Numbered from the stretch's first letter, positions 36,352 to 49,655 are shown. The stretch: 64,000 nt of DNA from Chiloscyllium plagiosum (GCF_004010195.1 NC_057726.1:69947468-70011467); one strand, 5' to 3'. Numbers and translations are program-made. The notes: generated by a model not told the origin, from the sequence alone.

Positions 36352-37217
36352 GTCAGGTTCGTAGGAGAGTAGTCTGACACAGAACAAACGACCAAGAGGC
36401 GAGTCTGCTAGAATATGAGCATTTTATTCCCCGCAGCGTCGCCACAACCAGGTCTCATCTCAAACGGGTCTGGCTTATACTCACTCTACATGTTACCGGA
36501 ACTGGGAGCCGTCAGTTCTCGTAGAGCGGTTGCCAACAACCCACGCTCGGCGGTTAACCGTAACCCCGGAGCAGACTCCCGGGTCTGGCTTATACTCACT
36601 CTACATGTTACCGGAACTGGGAGCCGTCAGTTCTCGTAGAGCGGTTGCCAACAACCCACGCTCGGCGGTTAACCGTAACCCCGGAGCAGACTCCCGGGTC
36701 TGGCTTATACTCACTCTACATGTTACCGGAACTGGGAGCCGTCAGTTCTCGTAGAGCGGTTGCCAACAACCCACGCTCGGCGGTTAACCGTAACCCCGGA
36801 GCAGACTCCCGGGTCTGGCTTATACTCACTCTACATGTTACCGGAACTGGGAGCCGTCAGTTCTCGTAGAGCGGTTGCCAACAACCCACGCTCGGCGGTT
36901 AAACGTAACCCCGGTGCAGACTCACCGAACTGGAGACTTTTCCAGGTGATATACTCTTTTCCAGATATAAACATTCATGTGAACAGCAGAGCAAGGCTAA
37001 AAAACACATTCCATTCTGGTTACATACAGATAAGAAGATTCACACGGGGAGGTGTGTAATAAGATTCACACGGGACTAAGCAACACCTCCATTCCGGTTA
37101 GATTCACACATGTATTGGGACATAATTTTTAACCGTTTCACCACATTCCACTGCTTGGCCCAATACATGTGTTACATTATGATTCACACATGTATTGGGA
37201 CATAATTTTACACCACA
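36352..37217 (-). mobile_element. Solo LTR-like element
   Basis: The minus strand begins TGTGGTG, has repeated gattcacac motifs in a U3-like part, a TATA-like sequence near 36950-36970 and AATAAA at 36423-36428. The left terminus and TSD are not clean. Confidence 0.5.
36466..36923. repeat. 4 x 115-bp near-identical tandem repeat
   Basis: Units start at 36466, 36581, 36696 and 36811. Confidence 0.97.
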
Positions 37218-38506
37218 ACCCTGTGCCAGACTAAAAAAAAAATGGTTCATGATGTCAAGAACAGCAGGAGACATCTGATAGAAGATTGTTCTTGCTTTCA
37301 TTTCTTTTCAGTTCAGATCATGTGAGACATTTCGGAATTTAGAAAAAATGGAAAATTTCAGCCTCCAACTCCTATGGATTGAATTCACTGATTCCTTCCT
37401 TTAACTACGATGTTAAGAAGGTATGAAGAAGCTTCCTCTAAAGTTGAGGCTTATTTTTCCATCATTTCCCATCTCATGAAATCAACTCATAGAAATTTGT
37501 TGGCATGAAGTCGCAGTTTTCCAATACATCAGTTTATGATTCCCACAGTGCCATAGACAGACTAAGCACATTACAGCAGTTTCCTTTCATAAACAGCAAT
37601 AGCAAACATCCTGTTCTGAACAAACTCTTTATTAGTATGTTCACGACCAAAAGGAGAACATTTCCAGCTCAAATAATGTTCTTGTCATCACAGCTCAGTT
37701 ACAGGAAGTTCTCATGTATTTTCAGCAATCAATCACAGGGGAGAATAGAATATTACCTTGCACATAACGGGTCTTGTAAAAAAATCATCAAAGACAGCTT
37801 CGCACAACTAACAATTCTGTATGGCATTGATAAGACCATGTTTTTGGTAAAATTGAGGTTTTACTGCCCTGCCTAACTGAGGACATGCTTAACACTGGTA
37901 GAATGCAACTCATGTAAACTAGTCTGGTTCCTGGAAGAAATGGATAGTTTTATAATGGAAGATTGCGCAGAGTGGGCCAACATTTCTTAGCGATTTGATG
38001 AATAAAACGTAATTGAGTTGAAAAGCATTTGGTTTGCAAGGAATTAGACAGACTTGATGAAAGGAGTTTTTTTTTCCCTTGGATGGGTTTGATTCATGGA
38101 TTTCTATTGAGAAGAAGAGACATTTCTTTGTTCAAAATTTAATAATGATACAGATTTTGTGCCACATAGAACTTTGAATGTTCACTCATTAACTTGACTC
38201 AAGAAATGTATCTAAGGTTTAGAGCATTTAAGTAAATAAACCTATCATTTGGAAAATCACTGAGGATTAATCAAGACCAGAACTGACTGCAAGGGCCAAA
38301 TAGCACACTACTGTTTTGTTTAATACTGACATTTAGTAAACATGCTTCCAGGCGATTTTGTAGATTTTGTATCTGTTTTATTGGTATCCATAATTAGAAT
38401 TCCTCGTCCTGGTTACCCAATCAATTTTAAACTTAAAGTGGTAGAAAGAGAGACAGACATGGATGTAGGTATAAACTTACATTGTTTTTTTTTTCAACTC
38501 ATACCG

Positions 38507-38605
38507 GGAACAACTGATGCGATGACACCTTATGATGCACTAAATCTGAACAATTTGCAGAAGGCACCAAGACCAAGGCATCAAGAAATGGTAGCATATG
38601 CCCAG
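38507..38605 (+). CDS. Gene B exon: first tyrosine-motif cytoplasmic exon (acceptor non-canonical)
   Basis: 99 nt, phase 0-0: GTTDAMTPYDALNLNNLQKAPRPRHQEMVAYAQ. Donor CAG|gtaggg. A strong T-tract lies upstream, but the acceptor reads ccg instead of cag. Confidence 0.65.
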
Positions 38606-38820
38606 GTAGGGGAAAGACTCAGAACACAATGACACCATATAGCAGTAATTAAGAATCTATTAGAGCTCAGTGTATGAAATGCCTACAATTCTACTTTTTA
38701 AAAATCTGTTGCACTTGCACTAATTCATTGCGACACTGTCTATTTTTATTGTTTAACCTAACACCTGAATCCAAGTGACTAAAAAATGAACCAATGATAT
38801 TCTCAAAATTGTTTTCACAG

Positions 38821-38964
38821 ACCAGGACAAGACCTCAGGATCATAAAATGACCTATGCTGCTTTAGACTTCTCAGCCCCCAGGAAAACAGAGAAAACAAA
38901 TTATAAGGAAAAGGATACAGAGTATGCTCAGGTTCACTTGGAAAAACAAAGACAAGCTTTGTGA
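38821..38964 (+). CDS. Gene B exon: terminal cytoplasmic exon with ITIM-like MTYAAL and ITSM TEYAQV
   Basis: gttttcacag|, phase 0: TRTRPQDHKMTYAALDFSAPRKTEKTNYKEKDTEYAQVHLEKQRQAL*. Confidence 0.85.
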   Translation, partial: TRTRPQDHKMTYAALDFSAPRKTEKTNYKEKDTEYAQVHLEKQRQAL

Positions 38965-39039
38965 TAAATGCAATGAAAAGTCTGTTAATGCCAAGGCATT
39001 TTTGATTGTTGTATGTCTTGAACAAAATGTCCATTAGAA

Positions 39040-40500
39040 AAAAGAACACAGAACATGGAATACAGAACACGGCTCACAGAACATGGAACATAGAACAGTA
39101 CAACACAGTACAAGTCCTTCAGCCCCCGATGATGTGCTGGCCTTTTATCCAACTCAAAGATCAGACGAAACTGAATGCTCTTCATTATATTACCTTCCAT
39201 GTGCCTTTCCAAGAGTCACTTAAATGTCCCTAATGTATCTGACTCTACTACCACTGCTGACAGTGCATTCCACGCACCCACCCATCTCTCTGTGTTAGAA
39301 CCTACCTCTGACATCTCCTCTAAACTTCCCTCCAATTACCTTAACATTATGCCTCATCATGATAGACACTTCTGCCATGGGAAGAGGTCTCTGACTATCC
39401 TTTCTACCTATGCCTGTCAACATCTTGAGCACCTCTATCCAGTCACATCTCTTCCTTCTTAACTTTTCCAGGTTGAACTCCATCTGCCATTTAGCAGCCG
39501 AGTTCTGCATCCTGTCAATGTCTTGTTGCAACCTACGACAGCCCTCCACACCATCCTCAACTCCACAAACCTTTGTGTCATCGACAAACTTACTAATCCA
39601 CCCTTTCACTTCCTCATCCAAGTAATTTATAAAAATCGCAAAGCACAGAGGTTCCACAGGTCCCTGTGGATCACCAGTGGTCACCAAGCTCCAGGCTGAA
39701 AAGTTTCCATCTCCCACCACTCTTCGTCTTCTATGGGCCAGCCAATTCTGTATCCAGGCAGCCAGATTTCCCTGTATCCCATGTCTCCTTATTGCTGAAT
39801 GAGCCTGCCATGGGGATCGTTATCAAATTCCTTGCTCAAGTCTATGTATACCACATCCACTACTCGATCTTCAACAATGTGTTTTGTCACATCTTCAAAG
39901 AATTCATTTATTTCGGAGGCATAACCTGCCCCTCACACAGCTATGCTGATTATTTCAAATCAAACTATGGTTTTCCAAGTAATCTTAAATCCTGTGTCAC
40001 GGAATCCTCTCCAATATTTTGCCCACCAAAGACATAAGACTGACTGGTCTGTAATTCATTGGATAATCCGTATTCCCTTTCTTCAACAAGGGAATAACAT
40101 TTGCCACCCTCAATCATATGGCACTACTTCAGTGGACAGTGAGGAAGCAAAGATCATCACGAAGTATGCAGCAATCTCTTCCCTCACCTCCTGTAGTAAC
40201 CAAGGTTATATCCAGTAAGGCCAAGGGGCTTTATCTATCATTATGTTTTTTCAAAATTTACAGCACATTCTCCTTCCTAATATCAACCTGTTCTCGCGTA
40301 TCAGTCCGTTTCACGCTGTCCTCAGAAATATCAAGATCCCTCTCAGAAGTGAATACTGATGCAAAGTATTAATCAAGGACCTCCCCTACCTCCTCTGATG
40401 CCTATGCAAGCTTCCTCTACTATCCATGATTGGCTCTACCCTCTGGTCAACCTCTTGTTCCTCACACAAGCATACATTGCCTTATGGTTTTCCTTAGTCC
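39040..40500 (-). mobile_element. CR1 LINE 3' portion inserted about 75 nt after the gene B stop codon
   Basis: KFVDDTKV and KWQMEFN motifs, with a gaacatag-type repeat tail at about 39040-39100. Confidence 0.9.
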
Positions 40501-43500
40501 TACACACAAGATGGCTCCAACAAAAATAATTGAAGCAGATCATAATGACACCATAGGGTTCCAAATACTACAGGTAAAGGTCTGGCCAGATAGTTTTCTG
40601 TGAATTCAGGAAACCTGAGAATTAATGCCTACTTTAAATGAGGGAAGATGTTGACCTTCCATAACCCACAGTATTCTATCAAGATGGCAACATCAATTAC
40701 AAAGCCAAGCTTTTGAGTGGTCATGGAAACTTGAAGCTGATGACTTACTGAGGTAAGAGGGATGCAGGGGATGGATGTAAAATAAGCTTCTTTGGAGACA
40801 AAGCAGTATGCTAGGACCAGAAGCACACAGAATGTAGGAATAGACCTTTGGTGTTTGAGACTGATCCACTCTTTGAGAAGATCATACTGGTTTGGTTATA
40901 GTCTCAACTTCACTTTCCCATCTGCCCTCCCATAATACACTGAAACAACATGTTCACACATGATCTCCACGTCTGTTAATTAGTTTCGCTCCACCACATC
41001 CTTTGATAAATCCCTTGAATACAGTCACCCACTAATAGCTTGGGAATGTAATTCATTTAAAATCACAATGTAGTGTACTTTACAGACCTGTAGAATGTAA
41101 GGTAAATTCAGGAAATAGTCTCAGATTGCAATTAAGTTTTTCTTCATTGCTTTGAATATGTCTTCTCCCTTTACCTCCAGGATTCAATATCAGATTATAC
41201 CTTCATTGTAACTGCCATTGTTATTATTTCTTTTGAAAATTGAATGTGGAATTTAAAAGTGAATCAAGTAAGCATTATCATAGGCCAAAATACAACTAAG
41301 TGAGCAATAAATACTTCCCTTGAATTATCCATATTTAGATTTCTTGTTTACTGATTGGCTGGAATATTACTTCCGGAGGGGCTATGAACTCAAAACTGTC
41401 ATGTGCATTGGAAATGGTTCAACCAATCATAGAGAGAAGTTAAAGAATAAAGGAGATGCAACTTAAGCTAGCTAATTTTTATTTTGCTGAACACGATTTT
41501 GCTTTAGGTTCTTGTTATCTACTTATCAACAATCAACATTATAGTTCTGGGCTGTCTTTCAATTATTATTGTCCAGACAAGTTATAATATGATTGAGTAA
41601 ATGAATAACCCATTTTTAATCATTAAAATGTTTGCATTATTCTTAAATCAAACTATAGTATTTTATTTTTAAATAAATAAAAATTAGGTTACTCCAGCTA
41701 GTTGTTCACATTATGAATATTGTATGTTGAGATTTATACATTTTAGAAGTAAAAATGTATACAAAATGCATTTATATCCAGTTGGTTGTATAAACAGAAA
41801 ATCAACTTGAGATCAGATAACTAATAGATAAAACATATATATTGTCAAAGAAAATAATCGGGTTCATTTCGTCTTCAGAAGAACAAGAGAAAAACTTGTG
41901 TTTAGACAGGACAGCAATCCCTCTTCCAATGCAGACTGCAGATCCTGACCTGATGTCTTTATTGTGAAATCATGAGACAAATTTATCTCCTATCCGACCA
42001 TAAATTTTAAAATATATCAATTGAGATGCAGAACACTGCAAATGTTTAAAAATTTAAACAAGAGCAGAAAATGATAAAGTGATTGTCAGAGGGGGAACTC
42101 TCAGAGGTTACGTAACACCTTTGTAAAGAAAAACAGTGTAATTGTTTCATGCATCTGTCCTATCATCAAAAAAGTAAAATATATGGGGAGATAATGGTTA
42201 TGTCGCTTTTAATCAAGAAAACCAAATTCAATTGAGTGAGCATGGATTCATATCCTATCATCGGCAACTTATGGAACTTAATTTTAATTGGTAAGATCTA
42301 CAACTGAAAGTTAATCTCAGTAAGGATGGTCATAAAAGCATAATTTATTCTTGTAATAATTGTTCTGTGTCAAATGTTCCAACCTAGTCTGCTACATGTG
42401 GCTCCAGATGGGTTGGGCTTAAACAAAAACAACTAAGTGATTGAATTAGTGAAAGACAAAAAACGTCAGGTTTTGCCAGAAACACCTGCATCATTGTGAA
42501 TAAAACAAAATGTAGGTTTTGAGCTAGGAGTGTATGGAATAAATACAAATTAAAGTCTTTCTTATGTTAAGAACAGGGCATATTGGATTCTGATTATGGA
42601 ATCATTTCAGTTGGTCTGTAGAAAGATATTACTTTGTAGGAATATAATTTGCTTGTAGTTTCCAGTGGATTTTAAATGTAATTTGCAGTTTAGATTTTGC
42701 TTTCCCAGCCCTAAATAATGCTCAGGAACAAGGAAAGTGGGGAAGTGTTGCTCCTGTTCTTTTGCATTTAATGACAAATTTTCAGCCTTCAGGAATTGAG
42801 TCTCATTCTGCTGAAGGAAACCGAGCTAATTATTTGTTGAAAGCAAAAAAAAACACAGAAATTGCTCAGAGAAATGCAGCAGATCTGGCAGCATCTGTGG
42901 ACAGAAATTATTTGGTGAGCAGCTGTGAAGGAATTTCAAAATTTCATCATAGTATTAGTGACTTAAGAAGAAGAAGTGTAAGAAAATAAGCAAATGTAAT
43001 TTCATAAAACACATTTCATTTATTAAGAAACATAACAATGTCAGAACATAATGTAGCAAATCCTACTCATGGAAACCTCTTCTCCATGTTCACTCTATCC
43101 AGTCCTCATAGTGTACTGTCAATTTCAATTAGATCCTCACTCATTATTTTAAACTCCATTGAATACAGACCCAGAGTCCTCAACTGCTCCTCATATAGCA
43201 AGCATCATTCTTGCAATCCTCTTCTGGACGCCTTCCAATACCAGCACATCCTACCTTAGATATGCAGCCCAAAACTGCTCATATTATTGCCTATGCACTC
43301 TGACCAAAGCCTTAAGCAGCCTTAACAGCACATCTCTGCTCTTGCATTCTAGCTTTTTTGCATTTACCTTCCAGCTGCCTGAACCTACAAGGTTAAGAGA
43401 ACCTTGAATGGGAACTTCCAAGGTTAACATTGCATTTATCTTCCAACTGCCTGAACCTACAAGGTTAAGAGAACTTCCAAGTCCCTTTATGCTTCAGATT

Positions 43501-44274
43501 TCCAAAATCTTTACCCGTTTGTAAAGTAACCTAAGCCTCTATTCTTCTTGCCAAAGTGCACAACCTCACACTTTCCCACATTGTATTCCATCTGCTATTG
43601 CATTGCTCACTGTCCTAGCCTGTCCTTGTCCTTCTACAGTGTCCCCACTTCTTCAACATGACCTACCCCTTTTACAACAATCTTCAACCAGAAGTGACTG
43701 GATGATACATCTCAGCCACCTCCAGAGGTCCCCATTACAGGTACAGTTCTTCAGCCAATTCCTTCACGACACATGTTATGAACAAACTTAAAAAAGGAAC
43801 CAAGACAGAGTGAATTCAGCCATAGTGTGTGTGTGTGTATAATTTACAGATCCCAGTAGAGGGGGATGATGCTGTGATTGGCTGAGTGTGGATGAATGAT
43901 ATTTACAGAGTCCAGCATAGGAAGATTGCTGTTGGTGGTGTGTGTGCAGTAACTGAAACCACCCTGAGTTTAAACGTCTTTAACACAATTTCTATCAAGC
44001 AGCTACTTACAGTCATAGAGTCACAGAGAGTTACAGCACAAAACAGACCCTTCGGTCCAACCCGTCCATGCCAACCAGATATCGCAACCCAATCTAGTCC
44101 CACCTACCAGCACCTGGCCCAGAGTACATCCAGCATAAAGACTATTCTCTTTCATCTGAAGGAAATGAATGAACAATCAATGATGAGGCAATATGGCTTT
44201 GGAGATTCAGCAGGTTTTCTATCAACATGACCAAAAGGCTTCTGTTGTAATCTGGCACCTGAAATACAATTTTG

Positions 44275-44583
44275 TAGAATCATAACATTCCGGAAACAGG
44301 ATATTCGGCCCAACAGTTCCACACCGACCTTCGGAAGAGTTACCACGCAGACCCATTTCCCCTACCCAGTTAATCTACATTTCCCTTGACTAATACACCT
44401 AACCTACACATCCCTGAACACCATGGGCAATTTTAGCATGGTCAATTCTGTGGAATGAAACATGGAGGCAGACATGGAGAGAATGTGCAAACTCCACACA
44501 GACAGTATCCCGAGGCTGGAATTAAACCCAGGTCCCTGGTACAGTGAGGCAGCAGTGTTAATCAGAAAGTCACCGTGCTGCCC
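44275..44583 (-). mobile_element. HE1/V-SINE, degenerate
   Basis: Similar to the 59055-59360 copy. Confidence 0.75.
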
Positions 44584-45099
44584 TCAAAGGCCATATTGAG
44601 CTAATAGCAGAGGATGGCTCCATGGACCATAGGCGACAGAGCCTCATAAAAAGTAGAACCAAATCCTAATAATTGGGTGCGACATTCTCTTAACAATGTG
44701 CCAAATCAAAGACATACAACACGTGACAATGGACTCAATAAATTCCACAATTTCGTAGTCTGCACGAGATTGAGATTGATCCATGTGAAAAACTCAAAGG
44801 ACATAAAAGCATATATATGCCTGTACCTAGCAAAATATGGTATTTCACCAGAAGTATTGAGGTATAGTGAACTTTAGGCAACACATTAGCCTCATGTGCT
44901 TAATTTGGAAATAATACATATGGCGAATCTAGCAGATGGGTATGACATCTAACAGGCAGCTCGCGGAATGTAAATCTCGATATGTGGACCTCCATTGAAA
45001 ATGTAGCGATCGAAATTTTACAATGATCCCAGTTTTAGGGAGACGGCGCATGGTTCTGCTCTATAAAAAAATGTTAAATAGACAAGAAAGTTTAAAGAA

Positions 45100-46560
45100 A
45101 CTGGAATAACTTAAGGACTGCAAACCGGCAATTGTAACTTAGGCACAAGAAAAAAATAAGTTATCAGCATTAACCCAGAGTTCCAAAGAATATTCAGGAA
45201 GAACAATACCTGTAAATGAAATAGGCGATAATGGATTAGAACCTCCAAGAGTGATGACTATCGCTCGAGGTATTCAAGGATGTTCTTCCCTTCGTACTAG
45301 CAAGTGAGATTATTTACTGGCGACTTTGTCCCCATTGGAAAATTATTCCTTCATATTTTCTACAAAATATGAATTGAGATATACTAGATATTGACCGTGA
45401 CTGCTTATATAATTTGTCCTTCAGATAGTTTGATGGAACAAAATAGAATAAGAATTTTCTGGGGAGGCAAGAACCTGCTCTCTTTAAATTAAAACCTAGA
45501 AGCTAGACTGGATCAACAGTTGTCATGTGCAAGATTGCTCTTAGTTTTGAATTGAACGTTGTCGCTAATGAACTTGTTCGTGTGGATGTGGTAATGTCTG
45601 AAAGGAATTTGAGAGAGGAAGGTTAAAAAAAAAGTTTAATCTTAAAACGGACAGGGCCCCCTAGTTTGCTTCCAGAGTGTGTGAAACTAGGCACCAGGCT
45701 CAAAAGGAGAGACGGGAAGAAATTGGTTCACTCAAGGGAAAGATATTTCAGGTACTCGATAAAATAACACTTTTTTTGTAGAATTTGACGAAGGTTAAAG
45801 ACTTTAGATTAACAAGACTGAATTATTCAGAGATGATTCCTTGTTGAAACTGAACTGAAATGTCTTTCACAGAGAGGAAGGTTTAAAATTTAAAAGCTCT
45901 GCCTGCAAATTAAACTACCATTTTGCTAATGGAGACCTCCCAGGAGCCAATGGATGATAAGTAGATTGTGATCAAATTAATTGTTCCTGGATTTACATAT
46001 TTGAGATGGCACATGAGATTCTGATGGTGAGGCATTTCGGTTTAAGAATGTGCCAGAGTCAGATAATGAAGCACCTTCACTGGCAGAAACAATAGAAATT
46101 GCTGGAAAAGCTCAGCAGATCTGTTGGCATCTGTGGAAAGAAAGCAGAGTTACTATTTTGGCTTAAAGTTCTGAGGAAGGATCACTAGACCCGAAACATT
46201 AACTCTTATTTCTTTTCACAGATGCCGCCAGAGCTGCTGAGCTTTTCCAGCAATTCCTATCTTTGTTTCTAATTTATAACCTCTGCTGTTCTTTCGGTCA
46301 CCTTCAATGGCAGGATTGAATTGACATTTACTTAATTTTTGAAAAAGATATCATGCTTGTCAATTGTTTGTGAAGACTCAGGTGTTAGTCTAACAAGCAC
46401 CATTCATCCATTACCAACTTTGCCTCAACCAATTCGTAAAAAATTAGTACAATATGTGAGGTCTCTAGCCAAACCCCAAACTGGGTGTCAATACTTTCCA
46501 ACATTCATGGATATGCTCGCTGACTTCCAAACACAATCCCCTTCGATACGATTAATGCTC
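45100..46560 (+). mobile_element. Highly decayed Gypsy-like pol remnant
   Basis: About 45970-46085 reads QLIVP..MAHE...HFG...IMKHLHW, resembling an integrase HHCC zinc-finger region. Boundaries uncertain. Confidence 0.4.
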
Positions 46561-47589
46561 ACATTGTAATAACGGGGGCAACACTAAATACATGGAATCG
46601 GTCTGGCAGCATCTATGCAAAGACGAATAAAGGAAATCCTTCAAGGCAAATGTGACTTTTCCTTCCTTAGAACAGTCATATCAAGTGTAAAATATTGGCT
46701 CTCCTTCTTGTCTCACAAATGCTACTGAACCTATTGTGTTCTTACAGAAATTCTATTTTCTTTTAAGTCAGATTTTGAGCATCCACAGTATATTGATTTC
46801 ATTTTGTATTTTTACTTCTTTGCACAGTGATTAACACTGCCACTTCTTTCCTTTGTTGCCCACCTTGAAATAGTTGTGATCCACCATATAACAGAAGTTC
46901 AGTTGGAATTCTTCAATCTATTCAAATTCATTACTTTCTGTTACCCTCCCAGTGTTTGATGTTTGATTTGCCAAAAGTCACTTTCAGAGGGACTTCTTCC
47001 TCACTGATAATCTAGTTTTCTTCAACTGAATTTCTATTCTTCATGTTTCTAATCCACAGGTAACTCCAAAGTATACAGCGCTCCACAGACTCCTGCTTCC
47101 CATCGTCATTTAAGATCCACACCCTGGGCTGTTTGTTGCCAAATGCACGCTCTCAACCTCTCTCTTCATTATTACACTTCATGTTATCTCAAAGTTGTAT
47201 TGGTCCCAAATTCCATTTTTGATTTGTCTCATTTAAATCTTTAACAAGAAACCGTTTCTCTCTGTTGAGGACTACAAGTTCCAGAAACCTTGAATTCTTC
47301 TTCCATTTCCCTCTCACTCCAAGAATCTTGGAATATAACCTTTGTCCACTCCACTCTCTGATCTTTCCATTTTTGATACCGAATGATCTGTTCTCAGCAA
47401 AGACGCATCTTTGTTAATTAGCTCCTCAATTTCAGTGAATTGTGAGCAAAAATGAAGTTGTTTTTATCATGAGAAAAGTGATATTGAACTTCAAATTCCG
47501 TTTCACTCTTCATGTTTACTGCTGAACATGTGTATTTCTCCAGCAAATTCTGTACGAATGTCAAATATCCAATTGACATGATAAGTTGC

Positions 47590-49655
47590 TTGTGACAACC
47601 CTCATTTGAATTGTTTGCAGAGATGACTAAAGTGGTCAACAGGGGAATATCTATGGGTGTTGTTTCTTTGGGCTTACAAAGGGCATTTTATAAAATCCCA
47701 CAAACCAGACTGGTGATTACAGTAGAACCCCACAGAACTGGGAGAAAGTTACTTCTAAAGCTGGGAAATTGGTTAAGTGGTAGGCGACAGAAAGTTGGGA
47801 TAATGGACAGGTACTTATTATGGCAGGATGCGACCTGTGGCGTCCCACAACGTCTTCAGTTTTTCACATTACTTATGAACAATTGGATAAGGGTATAAAA
47901 AGTCATGTGCTGATGATACAAAGTTAGACAGCATTGTAGATGGTAGGGTATATGCACAAAGAGACACTGAGAGACTAAGTGAATGAGAGATAAACAAAAC
48001 TCTGACAGATGGAGTTCAATGTTAGCATGTGTGATGTTTGACAGCATGAAACAGGCTGATATGCTTGAACAGGTTGATGTTAAAAAAGAGGATGTGCTGA
48101 AAACTTTGAAAAACGTAAGGATAGATAAGTTCCCTAGGCCAGACGCACTGCACCCAAGGTTACTACGGGAAGCAAAGGAAGAGATTGCTGCACCTTTGGC
48201 AATGATCTTTGTGTCCTTACTACCCACTGGAGTAGTGCCAGATTATTGGAGGGTAGCAAATGTTATTTCCTTGTTCAAGAAAGGGAATAATGATAATCCT
48301 GGGAATTACAGACCAGTCAGTTTTACATGAGTGGTGGGCAAATTATTGGAGAGTATTCTGAGTGATAGGATTGATGATTACTTGGAAAACCATCGTTTGA
48401 TTAGAGATAGTCCATATGGTTCTATGAGGGACAGGTCATGCCTCACAAGCCTTATTGAATTATTTGAGGATGTGACAAAACACATTGATGAATGTGGAGT
48501 AGTGTACATGAATTTTAGCAAGGCGTTTGATAAGGTTCTCCATGGTAAGCTCATTCAGAAAATAAGGAGACATGGGATACAGTAAATTTGACCGTCTAGG
48601 TACAGAATTGGCTGGCCCATAGAAGGTAGGGCTAGATGTAAAGTATTCAGCCTGGCACTTGGTTACCAGTGATGTTCTGTAGGGATCTGGTCTGGGACCT
48701 CTGCTCTTTGCGATTTTAAGAAATGGCTTGGATGAGGAAGTGAAAGTTTGGGTGAGTGTGTTTGTTGATGTCACAAAGATTGGCAGAATGGTGGATAGTG
48801 CGAAGGGCTGGTGCAACAATACAGGATTCAAAACTGGGCTGAGAAGTAACAGATGGAGTTCAACCTGGAAAAGCACGAAGTGATTCATTTTGGAACATCA
48901 AATTTGAATGCAGAATACAGGATTAAAGACAGGTTTCTTGGCAGTGTGGAGGAACCGAGAGATCTTGGGCTTCATGTCCATAGATCCCTCAAAGTTGCCA
49001 TCCATGTTGATAGCATTGTTAAGAAGGCATATGGTGTGTTGAAAGCCAACAATGGTGTGTTGGCTATCATTAGCAGAGGGATTGAGCTGAAGAGCCAAAA
49101 GGTTATGCTGCAGCTCTGTAGAGCCCTGATAGAACACACTTGAAATATTGTGTTCAGTTCTGATTGCCTCATAATAGGAAGGGTTTGGTTGCTTTAGAGA
49201 ATACGCAGAGGAGATTTACCAGGATGCTGCCTGGACTGGGGGGCATGTCTGATGAATATAGTTTGAGGCTATTCGCATTAGAGCTAAGAAGGATGAGAGG
49301 CAACTTGATAGATGTGTACAAGATGGTGAGAGGCATAGATAGAGTGAATAGTCAGAGACTTTTTCCCAGGGCAGAAATGGCTATCACAAGAGGGTATAAT
49401 TTTAAGGTAATTTCTGGAAGTTTTAGGGGAGATGTCAGAGGTCAGTTCTTTGCACAGAGATTGGTGAATTCATGGAATGTACTGAAGAGGTGATAGTAGA
49501 GTCAGATACATAGGGGCATTTAAGCAACTCTAGAATAGGCACATGGTTGATAGTAAAATGAAGGGTATGTAAGTTTGTTTTATCTTAGAATAGGATAAAA
49601 CCTCGGCACAATATCAAGAGCCAAAGGGCCTGTACTGCGCTGTACTGTTCCATCT
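47590..49655 (+). mobile_element. CR1 LINE ORF2 3' half
   Basis: WRVANVISLFKKG..PGNYRPVS, SCLTSLIELFE, FSKAFDKV and RRFTRMLPGL motifs. Confidence 0.93.

Noticed and set aside
36352-36398. Phase 1-0 exon candidate with GAG|gcgagt donor
   Set aside because: It has an in-frame TGA and lies in the end of the LTR-like element; 35820-35860 is a better, open candidate.
36415-37059. Repeated 74-99 aa ORFs or a CRISPR-like array
   Set aside because: A by-product of the 115-bp tandem repeat; there are no unique spacers and the DNA is eukaryotic.
38342-38632. 96-aa single-exon ORF
   Set aside because: Its 5' part is intronic (includes the polypyrimidine tract); only 38507-38605 looks exonic.
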